Below, piece after piece: positions 30,134 through 41,700 of a stretch of 64,000 nucleotides of DNA (position 1 is its first letter; every line of letters begins with the position of its first letter). The notes beneath the pieces are model-generated. The model was not told where the DNA came from and did not search any database. It worked only from the letters and a program-made list of their open reading frames with translations. A program made the translations under genes and the position numbers. The DNA comes from Acidobacteriota bacterium (GTDB lineage: Bacteria; Acidobacteriota; UBA6911; RPQK01; JAJDTT01): contig CBDCJH010000002.1 of NCBI GenBank assembly GCA_965217775.1, positions 640,001 to 704,000 of the forward strand, in the 5' to 3' direction.

Positions 30134-31411
30134 TCAGACGCGGATCTGTCCGTCGCCGACGATGACGAACTTCTCCGTCACCAGACTCTCCAGCCCCATG
30201 GGTCCATAAGCGTGCAGGCGCGTGGTGCTGATTCCGATCTCGGCTCCCAGACCCAGTTCTCCTCCGTCCGAGAAACGAGTGGAGGCATTGACCAGGACCA
30301 CTGAGGAGTTGACCCGGTTCAGAAAGGCCTGTCCCGCGGCCGGGTTCTCGGTCACGATGGCCTCGGTATGGTCGGAACCGTAGGTTTCGATGTGGGCGAT
30401 GGCTTCGTCCATGTCCGAGACCACCCGGACGGCCAGAATCAGATCCAGGAACTCCTCGTGGTAGTCCTCTTCCGTGGCCGGTGTGACCCCGGGAAGAACC
30501 TCGCGGGTCCGCTCATCTCCCCGCAACTCGACTCCGAACCGATCCATCCGTTGGGCAAAACGAGGGAGGAACCGATCGGCAGCCTTCTCGTGGATCAGGA
30601 GGTTCTCCACGGCATTGCACACGGCGGGCCGGGAGATCTTGGCGTTCTCGGCGATGGTCAGAGCCTTCTCCAGATCGGCTTCCTCATCCACGTAGATGTT
30701 GCACACGCCCTTGTAGTGCTTGATGACCGGGATGCGGCTCGTTTTCGCCACGAAGCGGATCAATCCCTCGCCTCCCCTGGGGATGATGAGGTCGATGAAC
30801 TCCTCCTGCCGAACCAGTATGGCGATGGCGTTCCGGTCGGTAGTGTCCACCAGCCGGCACACATCCGAGAGTCCGGCCGGGGCCAGAGTCTTGCCGACCA
30901 GGTCCACCAGGGCCCGGTTGGAGTGGATGGCCTCGGAGCCCCCCTTGAGCACGGTGGCGTTGCCGGCCTTGAAGCAGAGGGCGAAGGCATCGACGGTGAC
31001 GTTGGGCCGAGCCTCGTAGATGATGCCGATCACTCCCAGAGGGATGGTCCGCTTGGCGACCTGGAGACCGTTGGGCCGGGTCCAGCTCTGGCGGTCGACG
31101 CCCACGGGATCCGGCAGCCGAGCCACTTCCCGCAGGCCCCGGATCATGGAGTCCATGCGTTTGCAATCCAGTTTCAGGCGATCCAGCAGGGCGCCGGTGA
31201 GACCCTTCCGGACTCCCGCTTCCAGGTCCCGGGCATTGGCTGCCAGCAGCGACTCACGAGCGTCCGGTTGCGACAGCCGATCGGCCAGGCTTTCCAGCAA
31301 CGCGTTCTTGGCGTCCGTGGACAGTCCGGCCAGCCGGCGGGAAGCCGCCTTGGCCCGCCTGGAAAGCCGGACGATTTCGTTTTCAAGCGAGGTCACGGTA
31401 GTCGTCATCAT
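30134..31411 (-). CDS. proA: Gamma-glutamyl phosphate reductase
   Basis: IIYEARPNVT, PRGGEGLI, AVCNAVE, GAEIGIST, HAYGPMGL. Confidence 0.97.
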   Translation of the reverse strand: MMTTTVTSLENEIVRLSRRAKAASRRLAGLSTDAKNALLESLADRLSQPDARESLLAANARDLEAGVRKGLTGALLDRLKLDCKRMDSMIRGLREVARLPDPVGVDRQSWTRPNGLQVAKRTIPLGVIGIIYEARPNVTVDAFALCFKAGNATVLKGGSEAIHSNRALVDLVGKTLAPAGLSDVCRLVDTTDRNAIAILVRQEEFIDLIIPRGGEGLIRFVAKTSRIPVIKHYKGVCNIYVDEEADLEKALTIAENAKISRPAVCNAVENLLIHEKAADRFLPRFAQRMDRFGVELRGDERTREVLPGVTPATEEDYHEEFLDLILAVRVVSDMDEAIAHIETYGSDHTEAIVTENPAAGQAFLNRVNSSVVLVNASTRFSDGGELGLGAEIGISTTRLHAYGPMGLESLVTEKFVIVGDGQIRV

Positions 31412-31436
31412 TCTTCTCCCGCGAAAAAGGGGATGG

Positions 31437-32591
31437 TCATTTTACCAGCACCAGGTTGTCTCTATGGATCACCTCGTCGTAGTAGCTGTAACCGAGTTGC
31501 GCCCGGATCTCTTCGCTCTTGCAACCCCGAATGGCCTCCACTTCCCGGGAACTGTAGTAGCTCAGTCCCCGGGCGATCTCCCGGCCGTCGGGTCCCATGA
31601 CCCGGACCGGATTTCCGGAGTGAAACTTGCCCTCCACCGCGGTGATGCCGATGGATAGGAGACTCTTGCCCTGATGGGTCAGCGCTCGCGCCGCCCCCCG
31701 GTCCACCACCAGGCGCCCCTGAGGCTGGAGCGAATGCAGGATCCAGTGCTTCCGCGCCGAAAGCCGCTCCTTGAAAGGAAGGAAGAGCGTGCCCACCTCC
31801 CGTCCCTCCAGGACCGTCTCCAGGATGCCGTCGTCCAGGCCGCTGACCAGCAACGAGGGGATTCCCGAGTCGGCCGCCTTGCGGATGGCCAGCAGCTTGG
31901 AGCGCATCCCTCCCCGGTTGATGGACGCCGAATCGCGGGTGTCGCGCGTATGCCGAAAGTGCCAATCGGTGATTCGCTCCACGGTTGAAATCAGGCGTCC
32001 ATCCTCGAGTACGCCCTCATGGTTCTGCTCGTAGAAACCGCCCACGGTGGAGAGGATGAGCAGCAGGTCGGCCTGAACCAAAACCGCCACCTGCGCCGAG
32101 AGGTGGTCGTTGTCCCCGAACTTGATCTCGTTGACCGCCACCGTGTCGTTCTCGTTGACCACGGGGAGTATCCCGGATGCGAGCAGGGTCTCCAGCGCGT
32201 TCCTGGCATTGAGATAGCGCTCCCGGTTGTTCATGTCGTCCCGGGTGAGAAGGACTTGCGCCGTGTGCCGGCCGCGCCCGGAGAAGAGTCGTTCGTAGAG
32301 GGACATGAGGAGGCTCTGCCCCACGGCGGCGCAAGCCTGCAACTGGGGGATGGTCTTGGCTGCTCCGGTCAGGCCCATGACCGGAGCCCCGGCCGCCACC
32401 GCTCCCGAGGTGACAAGAACCAATTGGCGTCCCTCCCCCAGGAGCCGGGTCATGCTTCCCGCGAGCCGGCCGATCCGCTCCGTGTCCAGACGTTGATCCG
32501 AATCCACCAGCACGCCGGACCCCACCTTGACCACGATGCGGCCGGCTCCGGCCAGCGAACGCCGCACGGATTGTTCGCTACTTTCCGCCAT
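31437..32591 (-). CDS. proB: Glutamate 5-kinase
   Basis: VVKVGS, VNENDTV, FGDND, GGMRSK, PUA domain. Confidence 0.97.
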   Translation of the reverse strand: MAESSEQSVRRSLAGAGRIVVKVGSGVLVDSDQRLDTERIGRLAGSMTRLLGEGRQLVLVTSGAVAAGAPVMGLTGAAKTIPQLQACAAVGQSLLMSLYERLFSGRGRHTAQVLLTRDDMNNRERYLNARNALETLLASGILPVVNENDTVAVNEIKFGDNDHLSAQVAVLVQADLLLILSTVGGFYEQNHEGVLEDGRLISTVERITDWHFRHTRDTRDSASINRGGMRSKLLAIRKAADSGIPSLLVSGLDDGILETVLEGREVGTLFLPFKERLSARKHWILHSLQPQGRLVVDRGAARALTHQGKSLLSIGITAVEGKFHSGNPVRVMGPDGREIARGLSYYSSREVEAIRGCKSEEIRAQLGYSYYDEVIHRDNLVLVK

Positions 32592-32763
32592 GTCCGGCGC
32601 CTATCTTCCGGGCTTACCGGCGTCAAATCAAGCCGCTCGCAGGACCGTGGTTCGTCAGCTTGGACTCCGTGCGTCTCGAAATCCGTTCCATCACTAAAAA
32701 TGATGTTTGACGAAGTATGTTATCGTCCGATCCGGCGAGGATACGGACGGTCGCCGCGGGATC

Positions 32764-33241
32764 CGTCAGGGTGACAAGTTCGTCATCGGCCTTTTGCCCA
32801 GCATCGTGGTCTTCAAGGAGATGGCGCCCTCGCCAGACCGTTTTCTGAAGCCGAGGAGATCAATTCGTCGATGGTGTTGACACGATCCTGGCTCTTCGTT
32901 CCCGGCCACCGGCAGAAAATGATCGATAAATCGGCCGGCCGGGGTTCCGATGCATTGATATACGACCTTGAGGACGCCGTCCCACGGGATGGGATGGACG
33001 CGGCCCGAATGAAGGTGGGCGCGGCCTTGGATGCGGCGCAAGGGGGACCTCACCGATTCGTTCGGATTCACGGCGCCCGGCATGCCGCCCGGAAGCGTTC
33101 GGCTGGGCGGCGATGATCGAGAGCGCCGTGGGCCTGGTTCAGGCGCCGGCCATCGCCGCGTCTTCTCCCCGGCTCGTGGCCCTCAGGTTCGGCGCGGAAG
33201 ATTTTGCAGTCGACCTGGATCTGTTCTCGTTTCGAGAAGGA
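32764..33241 (+). pseudogene. Degenerate duplicate of maoC 3' end plus citE-like 5' half
   Basis: MVLTRSWLFVPGHRQKMIDK matches the 34979 gene; 134-bp internal deletion at a CATG microhomology, frameshift, truncated at 33241. Confidence 0.85.
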
Positions 33242-34745
33242 CGGCTGCCTCCATCGCGGCGACCTCTGCGTCGTCCAGCTCTGAAAACCGCGGCCGTTTC
33301 GCCGCCGAGAGCCGCCCTCCGTTTTGCATGCAGAGGCGCACGAACAGGGAAGCTCGGCGGTCCGGCATGTCGACGATCTCGCGGACCGCTTCAAAGGCCC
33401 GGTCAAAGACCGCAATGAATTCGAGTTCCTCTTCGAGATCCCGGCGAACCGTGTCGGCCACGCGGTCGTACAAGTACTCAGCGAAGACGGTCGCATCGTA
33501 ATAACGATACAGATCGGCCGTCTCGTTCCCAACGACGATTTCCCGCTCCGCCGTCCAATGCCACTGGATGAATTCGAGTATCGGCCGCGAAAAGGTCTGC
33601 AGCACGTCGTCGTAACTGCGCCGGTCGCGCAGAATGGCCGCGGAGACGGGAAAGAGGACAGCCGGCGGACTGTAGCCCCGCTTGGCCAGCACATGGTGCA
33701 GCAGGAAGCGGTGGATACGCCCGTTCCCATCCTCGAATGGGTGGATGAAGACGAAGGAGAAGGCGGAGACCGCCGCCGCCACGACCGTGTCGACTCCGCC
33801 CTCGACAACGCGCCGGGTCAAGCTCATCCAGGCGTCCATGAGTCCGGGCACGTCTTCAGGCCGCGGCCAGACGAAGTGCACCTCTTCGCGGAACCCCCGA
33901 ACGGTTTGGCCCACAAAGTTCTGGAGGTTGCGCCAGTCAGTTGCCGCGTAACGCGGGTCGACGATCTCACCCTGCAGGCGAATCAGAGCCGTCTTGTCGG
34001 CCGGGTCGAAGTCGGGCGCCGCCCTGAGAGCAGCGATGAACCGCTCGGTGCGCGAGGCGTTGACGGTCTCGCCCTCCAGGGCAAATGAGGAGCGCGTCTC
34101 TTTCGTGTAGAGGTAGTTTGCGGCCCGGGCGAGAGTGAGGGGGTCATGCCTTTCGATCAGGACGCGGGCCGACTCGTCCACCCGCCGATCTATTTGCTCC
34201 ATCAACCGCGGTGTGCGTCTGATCGTGGGACACATGCCGGGACCGCCGAGCAGGTTGTCGGCAACGCGGTGCCGTGGAGAATTGCGGCGTTCCGCGACGA
34301 GGTGCCTTTTGGGATCCAGAGCCATGACGTAGTTGCCGAACCGTACATCCTCCAGGTCCAGTTTCCGGCCGGTGAACATCTCGTAGAAGAACCAGGCACG
34401 CCGACTGAAGGCGCCCGTGGGCTCCGCCCTGACCCAGGCCTCGAGTTCGGCCGGGTCGATCGCCTTGAGAGCCGCCACCAGCACCCCGAGGTCGAAGGCT
34501 TCGTGGCGCAATGCGAACCGGAGGTGTGACACGAGGGATCCGTCCGTGGCATATTGCCGGGGATAAAGCTCCTCGATTCGCGGTCCGCGCATTCGGGTTC
34601 GCCGTGCGCCTGCCACGATGTAGCTCTCGACCTCCGGTGGAGGGACTTTCAAGTTCAGCTCGTGCCTGAGCCAAGCTTGGCCGATGGGAATCCGATCTCG
34701 GTTTGTCAGAGTATTTTTCATTTGGAATCGGTTATGCCGATGCAA
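33183..34745 (-). CDS. Fic family protein (class II-like)
   Basis: Canonical HPFEDGNGRIHR; inhibitory motif SFALEG N-terminal to it; start may be 34721. Confidence 0.9.
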   Translation of the reverse strand: MHRHNRFQMKNTLTNRDRIPIGQAWLRHELNLKVPPPEVESYIVAGARRTRMRGPRIEELYPRQYATDGSLVSHLRFALRHEAFDLGVLVAALKAIDPAELEAWVRAEPTGAFSRRAWFFYEMFTGRKLDLEDVRFGNYVMALDPKRHLVAERRNSPRHRVADNLLGGPGMCPTIRRTPRLMEQIDRRVDESARVLIERHDPLTLARAANYLYTKETRSSFALEGETVNASRTERFIAALRAAPDFDPADKTALIRLQGEIVDPRYAATDWRNLQNFVGQTVRGFREEVHFVWPRPEDVPGLMDAWMSLTRRVVEGGVDTVVAAAVSAFSFVFIHPFEDGNGRIHRFLLHHVLAKRGYSPPAVLFPVSAAILRDRRSYDDVLQTFSRPILEFIQWHWTAEREIVVGNETADLYRYYDATVFAEYLYDRVADTVRRDLEEELEFIAVFDRAFEAVREIVDMPDRRASLFVRLCMQNGGRLSAAKRPRFSELDDAEVAAMEAAVLLETRTDPGRLQNLPRRT

Positions 34746-34867
34746 AATAGATTAGATTATGCTGCCCGCATTCAAATTCAATTACCACACCGAATCCGAC
34801 TTGGGGGCACGTTGGTTCCGTGTTCCAAACAAACGAGGTCCAAGACGTCGCACTTGGCGTAGCGGGA

Positions 34868-34972
34868 AATCAGGACGGCAAGATCGTGATCGAATTCGTG
34901 CGTAGCGTCATGGTCTACAAGCGGGATCGGGCTTCCTCGCCAAATCGTTTTCCCGAAGTCAAGGGAGGTTAG
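34868..34972 (+). pseudogene. 3' remnant of a MaoC-family dehydratase
   Basis: Translates NQDGKIVIEFVRSVMVYKRDRASSPNRFPEVKGG*, resembling MaoC C-termini; directly precedes the citE-like gene. Confidence 0.6.
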
Positions 34973-34978
34973 GAATTT

Positions 34979-35857
34979 ATGGAAAGGATGCGGTCCTGGC
35001 TTTTTGTCCCCGGCCACCGGCAGAAGATGATCGACAAGGCGCCTGGCCGGGGGGCGGATGCATTGATATACGACCTGGAGGACGCCGTCCCTCCGAACGA
35101 GATGGACGCGGCCCGGAGGAAGGTGGGCGCGGCGTTGGATGCGGCGAAAGAGGGGCCACGCCGATTCGTTCGGATTCACGGCGCCGGGCATGGGGCCATG
35201 GACGGCGACCTGCGAGCGGTGGTCCGGCCCGGCCTGGAGGGGCTGGTGCTCCCCAAGGTGGACCGCCCGGAGGACGTGCTGACCGTCGATCGTTCGCTGA
35301 CGGAACGGGAGTCCGAGGCCGACATGCGGCCCGGATGTGTTCGGCTGGCGGCGATGATCGAGAGCGCCGTGGGCTTGATTCAGGCGCCGGCGATCGCCGC
35401 GTCTTCTCCCAGGCTCGTGGCCCTCATGTTCGGTGCGGAAGATTTTGCAGTCGACCTGGGTCTGTTCTCGTTTCGAGAAGGAGAACTGATGTCCTACGCG
35501 CGCTCCGCGCTCGTGGTGGCGGCAGCCAGCGCCCGGCTGGAGCCGGTGGACAAGGTCTACCTCGATTTTCGGGATCCGGACGGATTGGCCCGGGAGACCC
35601 AGGCGGCAAGGGGGCTCGGGTTCTCCGGAAAGACCCTGATCCATCCGGCTCAGATCGAAGTGGTTCACCGGGTCTTCCGTCCGACGGATGAGGAGGTCGA
35701 ATCGGCACGCCGGGTGGTAGAGGCCTTCGAAGCGGCTCCCGAGGAAGGGACGATGGCCGTCGATGGACGGATGGTGGATCTGCCGGTCGTCAAGCGAGCC
35801 CGGTGGATACTCCGGTCGGCAGCGAAAAGGGAGATATCCATGAGGAGAGAGGGATAG
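34979..35857 (+). CDS. CoA ester lyase (CitE/HpcH-HpaI family)
   Basis: RSWLFVPG, YDLEDAV, MIESA, FGAEDF, GKTLIHPAQI, DGRMVD. Confidence 0.92.
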   Translation: MERMRSWLFVPGHRQKMIDKAPGRGADALIYDLEDAVPPNEMDAARRKVGAALDAAKEGPRRFVRIHGAGHGAMDGDLRAVVRPGLEGLVLPKVDRPEDVLTVDRSLTERESEADMRPGCVRLAAMIESAVGLIQAPAIAASSPRLVALMFGAEDFAVDLGLFSFREGELMSYARSALVVAAASARLEPVDKVYLDFRDPDGLARETQAARGLGFSGKTLIHPAQIEVVHRVFRPTDEEVESARRVVEAFEAAPEEGTMAVDGRMVDLPVVKRARWILRSAAKREISMRREG

Positions 35858-35963
35858 GAAGCGCCGCCTTTCCAACCGCCGAACTCTCAGCCGCGCATCG
35901 GGGGAAGCTTTCGCCGCGGGTGTCTTTTCTGCCGAAACGATCCGATCAACGAGGAAGAGGATT

Positions 35964-37175
35964 ATGTCATCCCGGCGTGAGTTCCTGACTGCAGCCACCA
36001 TGGGCGTGGCCGCCACGGCCGTTTCGGCGACTCCGAAATACGTGGGGTACGGGTCGACCAGATCGGACAGGAAGATCCGTATCGGGATCGTTGGAGGCGG
36101 GTTCGGCTGTAACTTCTACTGGCACGAGCATCCGCGGTGTGTCGTCGAAGCGGTGACCGACCTCTACCCGAAACGCCGGAAGAGACTCCAGGAAGTCTAC
36201 GGTTGCGACAACGTCTACGACTCCTTGGAGGAAATGCTGAAGCAGAAGGCGAACGACCTGGACGCCGTGGCGGTCTTCAGCGGGGCTCTCGATCATGTGA
36301 AGCACACGAAGATGTGTTTCGAACGGGGGCTGCACGTGATCGCCGCCGTACCGGCGTGCTTCAGCATGGAAGAGGCGTACGAGCTCAAAGAGCAGAAGGA
36401 AAAGACGGGTCTCCGCTACATGATGGCCGAGACCAGCTACTACAACACGGCCTGTATCTACGCGAGAGACCTGTTTCGGGAGGGCGGCTTCGGAGAGTTG
36501 TTCTACAGCGAAGTCGAGTACTATCACGACGTCTATCGCGAGGAAATAATCAACAATCCGAAGTCCAACTATTATCATCCTGACGGTTCCGTGAGCTGGC
36601 GGCAGGGGTTTCCTCCCATGCACTATCCGACCCATGCCCTGGGCTACATCGTGGGAGTCACGGGCGAGCGCATCGTCAGGACCTCGGCTCTGGGCTGGGG
36701 GGATCCGGAGCAGATGGCGATGTTCCAAGGCAATCCCTACCGGAACCCGTTCTCCAACAGCGGCGCTTGGATGCAGACGGATCAGGGCCACATCGTACGC
36801 TGCAACATGTTCTGGCACATTGCCGCAGGGGGCGAGCGAGCCAATTGGTTCGGAGAGAAGGGAACCTTCTACATGACCCGGAAGGGCATCCATCGCGTCA
36901 TCTGGGACGGGCGGAGAAGCGAGCCCCAAGAGGTGACTCTGCCCGAATACTGGAACACTCGCCGGCTGCCGGCACGGATGCGTCACACCAGCGGTCATGG
37001 CAGCAGCCACACCTTCCTCACCGCGGAGTTCGTCAACGCATTGGTGGAGGACCGCGAGCCGGCCATCGACGTCTACGAGTCGTTGGCCATGACCGTGCCG
37101 GGAATCGTGTCCCACCAGTCCGCCCTCCGGAACGGAGAGCAGATGGAGGTGCCCCAGTTCGACCCGGCAACTTGA
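35964..37175 (+). CDS. Gfo/Idh/MocA oxidoreductase, Tat signal
   Basis: SRREFL, IGIVGGGFG, YMMAETS, YPTH, GHGSSH. Confidence 0.88.
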   Translation: MSSRREFLTAATMGVAATAVSATPKYVGYGSTRSDRKIRIGIVGGGFGCNFYWHEHPRCVVEAVTDLYPKRRKRLQEVYGCDNVYDSLEEMLKQKANDLDAVAVFSGALDHVKHTKMCFERGLHVIAAVPACFSMEEAYELKEQKEKTGLRYMMAETSYYNTACIYARDLFREGGFGELFYSEVEYYHDVYREEIINNPKSNYYHPDGSVSWRQGFPPMHYPTHALGYIVGVTGERIVRTSALGWGDPEQMAMFQGNPYRNPFSNSGAWMQTDQGHIVRCNMFWHIAAGGERANWFGEKGTFYMTRKGIHRVIWDGRRSEPQEVTLPEYWNTRRLPARMRHTSGHGSSHTFLTAEFVNALVEDREPAIDVYESLAMTVPGIVSHQSALRNGEQMEVPQFDPAT

Positions 37176-37261
37176 CAGTCTGCGGCCAGGGTCATCGCTA
37201 AACCAGATTCACACAGCCAGTCTGTGTGAGATTGGGGTTGTGAACCGTCCGGACGAAAGGC

Positions 37262-38731
37262 ATGAGGGAAAACGCGCGGTTTGTCGAGACGTTTCAGAGC
37301 CGTTGCCACTTCGGCTTGGCGCAGGCGGATATCACTCCGCCTGTCGGCATCTATCACCGGATGTGGGGCGCGGCCAGCCACGATCGCTCCACGGGCGTGC
37401 ATCGCCCCCTGACGGCGTCTGCCGTTGCTTTTGGGGACCTTGAGGAGACCGGACCGGCTTCGAGGTGCGAGCAGATCCTGATCCTGTTGGACCACGTCCT
37501 GCTGTGGCCCGCCGAGATGGACCTGCTGTTGGAGAGGGCCGGCCGACTCTCCGGGATCAGCCGTGACTCCCTGTTGGTGGTGTTCTCCCATACCCACGCC
37601 GCAGGCCTGATGGGCTCGGAACGAGAGTCCCTGCCGGGAGGTGAGTTGATCCGCGGCTATTTGAGGAGGGTCGCGGCCTCTGTGGGCGATCTGATCTCCG
37701 CGGCCAGATCCCGGTCGCAGACGGCCACCATCACCTACGGCTTCGGCCGCTGCTCGTTGGCCCGAAATCGGGATCTGTGGGACGACCAATCGCAGCAATT
37801 CGTGTGCGGGTACAACCCGGACGGACCGTCGGACGACACGCTCCTGGTCGCTCGGGTCAGCGACGAACGGGATGAGCCGTTGGCGTCAATTGTCAACTAC
37901 GCCTGCCATCCCACGACCCTGGCCTGGCAGAACACGCTCATCAGCCCCGACTTTCCGGGAGCCATGCGAGAGGTCGTCGAGCGGGAGACCGGGGCGCCCT
38001 GCCTCTTCCTTCAGGGCGCGTCCGGAGACCTGGGGCCCAAGGAGGGGTTCGTGGGGGACCTGGAAGTGGCGGACCGAAACGGGCGTCAGCTCGGCTACGC
38101 CGCACTTTCGGCCCTGTGCGACCTGCCGGCGCCCAACCGGCGCTTTCAATACACCGGACCCCGGGAGTCCGGCGCCACCTTGGGAACCTGGTCCTGGACC
38201 CGGCTCTCTCGCGAGGAGGAGAGACGAAGCAGCCGGTGGAAATTGAGGTGCTGGGCCGTGGATCTCCCCTGTCGCCGGACATCGCACACAAGGGAAGAGG
38301 TCCAATCCGAGCTCGAACGATGCAGAGCCGGAGAAGAGCGGGCGCGCGCTGCCGGAGACGAAGCTCGAGCCGCCGATTTCCGAGCCCTGGCCGAACAGCA
38401 GGATCGGCGGTTGCAACGCCTGAAATTCCTTCCGGCGGGAGCGAGCCTCCCCTATTCGATCTGGCTCTGGAGCATCGGGGACGCCTTCTGGCTGGCCGTG
38501 GAAGGCGAACCCTACCAAATGCTGCAACGGTCGTTGCGGGAGCGGTTTCCCGGAGTGCCGATCATGGTGGCTTCCCTGGCCAACGGCGCCCGGGCGAACT
38601 ACCTGATCCCGGCCGGGGCCTACGGAACGGGCCGCTATCCCGACACCATCGCCGTTCTGGCCAAGGGCTCCCTGGAAACCGTCATCGACGAGGCCGGAAA
38701 CCAGATCGAAGAGTGGCTGACGGACCGATAG
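37262..38731 (+). CDS. Neutral/alkaline ceramidase N-terminal-like metallohydrolase
   Basis: DITPP, SHTHA, NYACHPT, FLQGASGD. Confidence 0.75.
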   Translation: MRENARFVETFQSRCHFGLAQADITPPVGIYHRMWGAASHDRSTGVHRPLTASAVAFGDLEETGPASRCEQILILLDHVLLWPAEMDLLLERAGRLSGISRDSLLVVFSHTHAAGLMGSERESLPGGELIRGYLRRVAASVGDLISAARSRSQTATITYGFGRCSLARNRDLWDDQSQQFVCGYNPDGPSDDTLLVARVSDERDEPLASIVNYACHPTTLAWQNTLISPDFPGAMREVVERETGAPCLFLQGASGDLGPKEGFVGDLEVADRNGRQLGYAALSALCDLPAPNRRFQYTGPRESGATLGTWSWTRLSREEERRSSRWKLRCWAVDLPCRRTSHTREEVQSELERCRAGEERARAAGDEARAADFRALAEQQDRRLQRLKFLPAGASLPYSIWLWSIGDAFWLAVEGEPYQMLQRSLRERFPGVPIMVASLANGARANYLIPAGAYGTGRYPDTIAVLAKGSLETVIDEAGNQIEEWLTDR

Positions 38732-38776
38732 GAGCGGGGGTTTGTAACCCCCGATTCCGGCGAACGGATCCTCACC

Positions 38777-41700
38777 TCACCGAGGCCGCCGGCGGGCGTT
38801 GCTAAGGAAGGCCAGCAGGCTGGCCAGATCCTCCCGGCTCACCTGCTCCTCCAGGCCGGACGGCATTACGGATACGTTGCCGGGACGGATCTCGCGGATC
38901 TCCGACCGGGCGACCCTCACCTCGGTGTCCGGACCGGTCACCATCTCGACCTCCTCTTGCCCGTCCTCGGTGATCACCCCCTGGTGAATCTCTCCCGATT
39001 CGGTCACCACCACCATGGGTTCGTAGCCTCGCACGAAGCTGGCGCTGGGAAAGAGGATCGACTCCAGCAGATCGCGCCGGTTTCGGACGTCGCCGATCCG
39101 GGTAAGGTCGGGTCCGGACCGGCCTCCCTGGTAGCCGATGGCATGGCACGAGGAACAGGCGGCGCTGTTGCTGTTGAAGACGGCCTGACCCTGGCGAATG
39201 TCCCCTTCGTCCAGAGTCGCCAGCAAATCCTCCAGACGTGCCAGCTGCTCGACCGGATCCATTTCCAGGGATGCCAGGAGTTGCTCCCCTTGGCGTTGAA
39301 CCGGAGGGGGAAAGTTGGCCAGGGCCTGGCTCATGACGTCGGCCCGCAGTCCGTTCAGACCTCTCGAATCCCGTACGGCGGCCATCAGCCGCAGGCCCAG
39401 ATCTTCGTCTCCGCCGTTCCGGTAGGCCCCAAGCAACGGCGAGAGGACCAAGGGTCCCGCAGTCCGCACCGACTCGGCCAACTCCAGCAACTGGTCGCGT
39501 GTCAGCCGGGATCTGCCCAGGACGCCGGCGGCGCCGGTGCGGGCATCCACCGCTGCCGCAGGCCCGAGGGCGGCCTGCAACAATTCGAAGAGACCGGGGT
39601 CGAGTCCGTCCAATTCTCCGGGAACGGCTGCCAACGCATTCACGCGCAGCTCGTCGTCCCGGGTCGAGTCGCGGCCGACGCCAAGCAGGACCTCCTTCAG
39701 GCGCCCGGCGTCCTCCTCCCCCGGGTCCGGCAGGGCGCGAAGAGTGGCGACCGCCTCCCGGATCAGGGCCGCGTCATCTCCGGACAGAACCGCTGCGAGT
39801 CCGTCGACCCAAACGGAGGGTGTCTTCTTGAGGGAGCTGCCGGCCATGGCCCGCAACGCGGTCAGGCGGGACTCGGTCGAGCCGGTGCCGGCAACGGTCG
39901 AAGCCAGGAAGCTCTGAATGGTGTCGTTTCTCCCGAGCTTGGACAGTTGCCGGATCAACTCCGCCCTCTCCTCAGAGCCCACGCCGCGAAGAGCCAGCCG
40001 CCAGCGAAAATACCGGGCCAACTCTTCACCCCACTCCGGATGGTGGCCGGCGATCCAGGAGGCCGTCTGTTTCAAGATCGGCTCGTCGTCCGCGAGAAGG
40101 GGAGTGACGGTCTCGGGCGTCAGTCCGCCGCCCGGCATCTGGTCCAGGGCGATGAGGGCGGCGCGCCGGGTATGGGGAGAAGAGGCTCGTAATCCGTTAG
40201 CCGTGCCGTCGGGATCGGCAATCTCGATCAGCGCGTAGATCAGGGAGTGCTCCAGGATCCGGCCGTTGTTCGCCCCGGCCCGAGCCAGCAATCCAGGAAC
40301 GGCGCGGCGGTCGCCGATGCGTCCCAGCGCCTCGGCGGCCACCCTCTGAATGGACGCGGCGCCCTGCTCCAGAAGTTCCAGCACCCTGGGACCGCTGTCG
40401 GCGTCGCGCCAAACGCCGACCGAATGGAGGGCGGCCTGCCGCACGCTCTCGTCCCCGTCGGAGAGCGCCTGTCGAACGGCTGTGCGAGCCTCGGCGTGAT
40501 CGATTCGGGTGAGCGTCCAGACGGCGTTGCGGCGCGCTTCCACTGAGTCGGACGTCGAAAGCGTCCGGATCAGCACCGGCACCTCCGGACTCCCCTTCTT
40601 GGCCAGCTCTCCGATGGCTCGGCTGCGGACGGCCGGTTTCGGGTCGTCCAGGAGTTCCGTCAGTTGGCCGCCGCCGGCGCTGGCCCAGTCGATGCGCAGG
40701 CCCCTGGGATCCTCGGGTCCGGACGCACCCTTCCGACGGATTCGGTAGATCCCGCCCAGGACATCCGGCTTGTGGAGCTGGGAGGTGGGGCAGCAGAGTT
40801 TGTACCAGCCTCCCGTATCGACCACCAGCAGGCTGCCGTCGGCGTCCTCCAGGACGTCGGTGGGATGGAAGTCGCGATCGCCGGAGACGAGGAAGTCCGA
40901 GTCCCGGGTCGTGAAGGTGGCTCCACTGGGCTCCAGGACGTGACGGGTCACCTTGTTCAAATTGAAGAGACACGCAAACAGGTTGCCCTGATATTCGCCG
41001 CCGAAGACCTGTGAGGCATAGATGGTCTGGGCGCAGGGAGCGGCCGGGCCCAGGTGCAGCATGGCCGGCAGCAGGTTCCCGGTCTTGGCGTGGCCGCCGA
41101 GGACGCCGTGCGTTTTTCCGTAGACGCTCCCATGGACGGCGTGAACGATACCGTCCCGGCGGCCCAGTTTCGGGTGCTGAACGAAAGTGGACGCCAGCAG
41201 CCGTTCTCCCCGGGGCGTGAAGACCACGTCCACGGGGTTGTCCATTCCCCCCGTCAGGACCGGCTCGATCCACGGATCTCCGGGCCGTCGCCGGAAGATG
41301 TGGGCGGCGCGGGTCACCAGGGGAGGACCGTCGGGCCGTTCGTAGGTCTGCTCGGCGAAGGCGCCCTTGGTCCAGTAGATCCAACCGTCCAGTCCCAGGT
41401 AGGGGCCGTGCAGATCGTTGGCGCAACCGGTGAGGGTCTTGCCCGCGAACCATTCCTCCCGCTCGTCGGCGACGCCATCGTCATCCGTATCCGTCAGCTT
41501 CCAGATGCTCGGGGGCGCCGCCACGTAGAGTGAGCCGTCGAACCAGAGCGCGCCCTGGGGGATCATCATGCCGTCGGCAAACGGAGTGCTCCGGTCAAAA
41601 CGGCCGTCACCGTCCGTGTCCTCCAGGCGCTTGACGCGGTGCGGTTTCTGCTCGAGTTGTTGCTTCACCGGGTCGTTGGAACCGGAGGACTCGGTCACGT

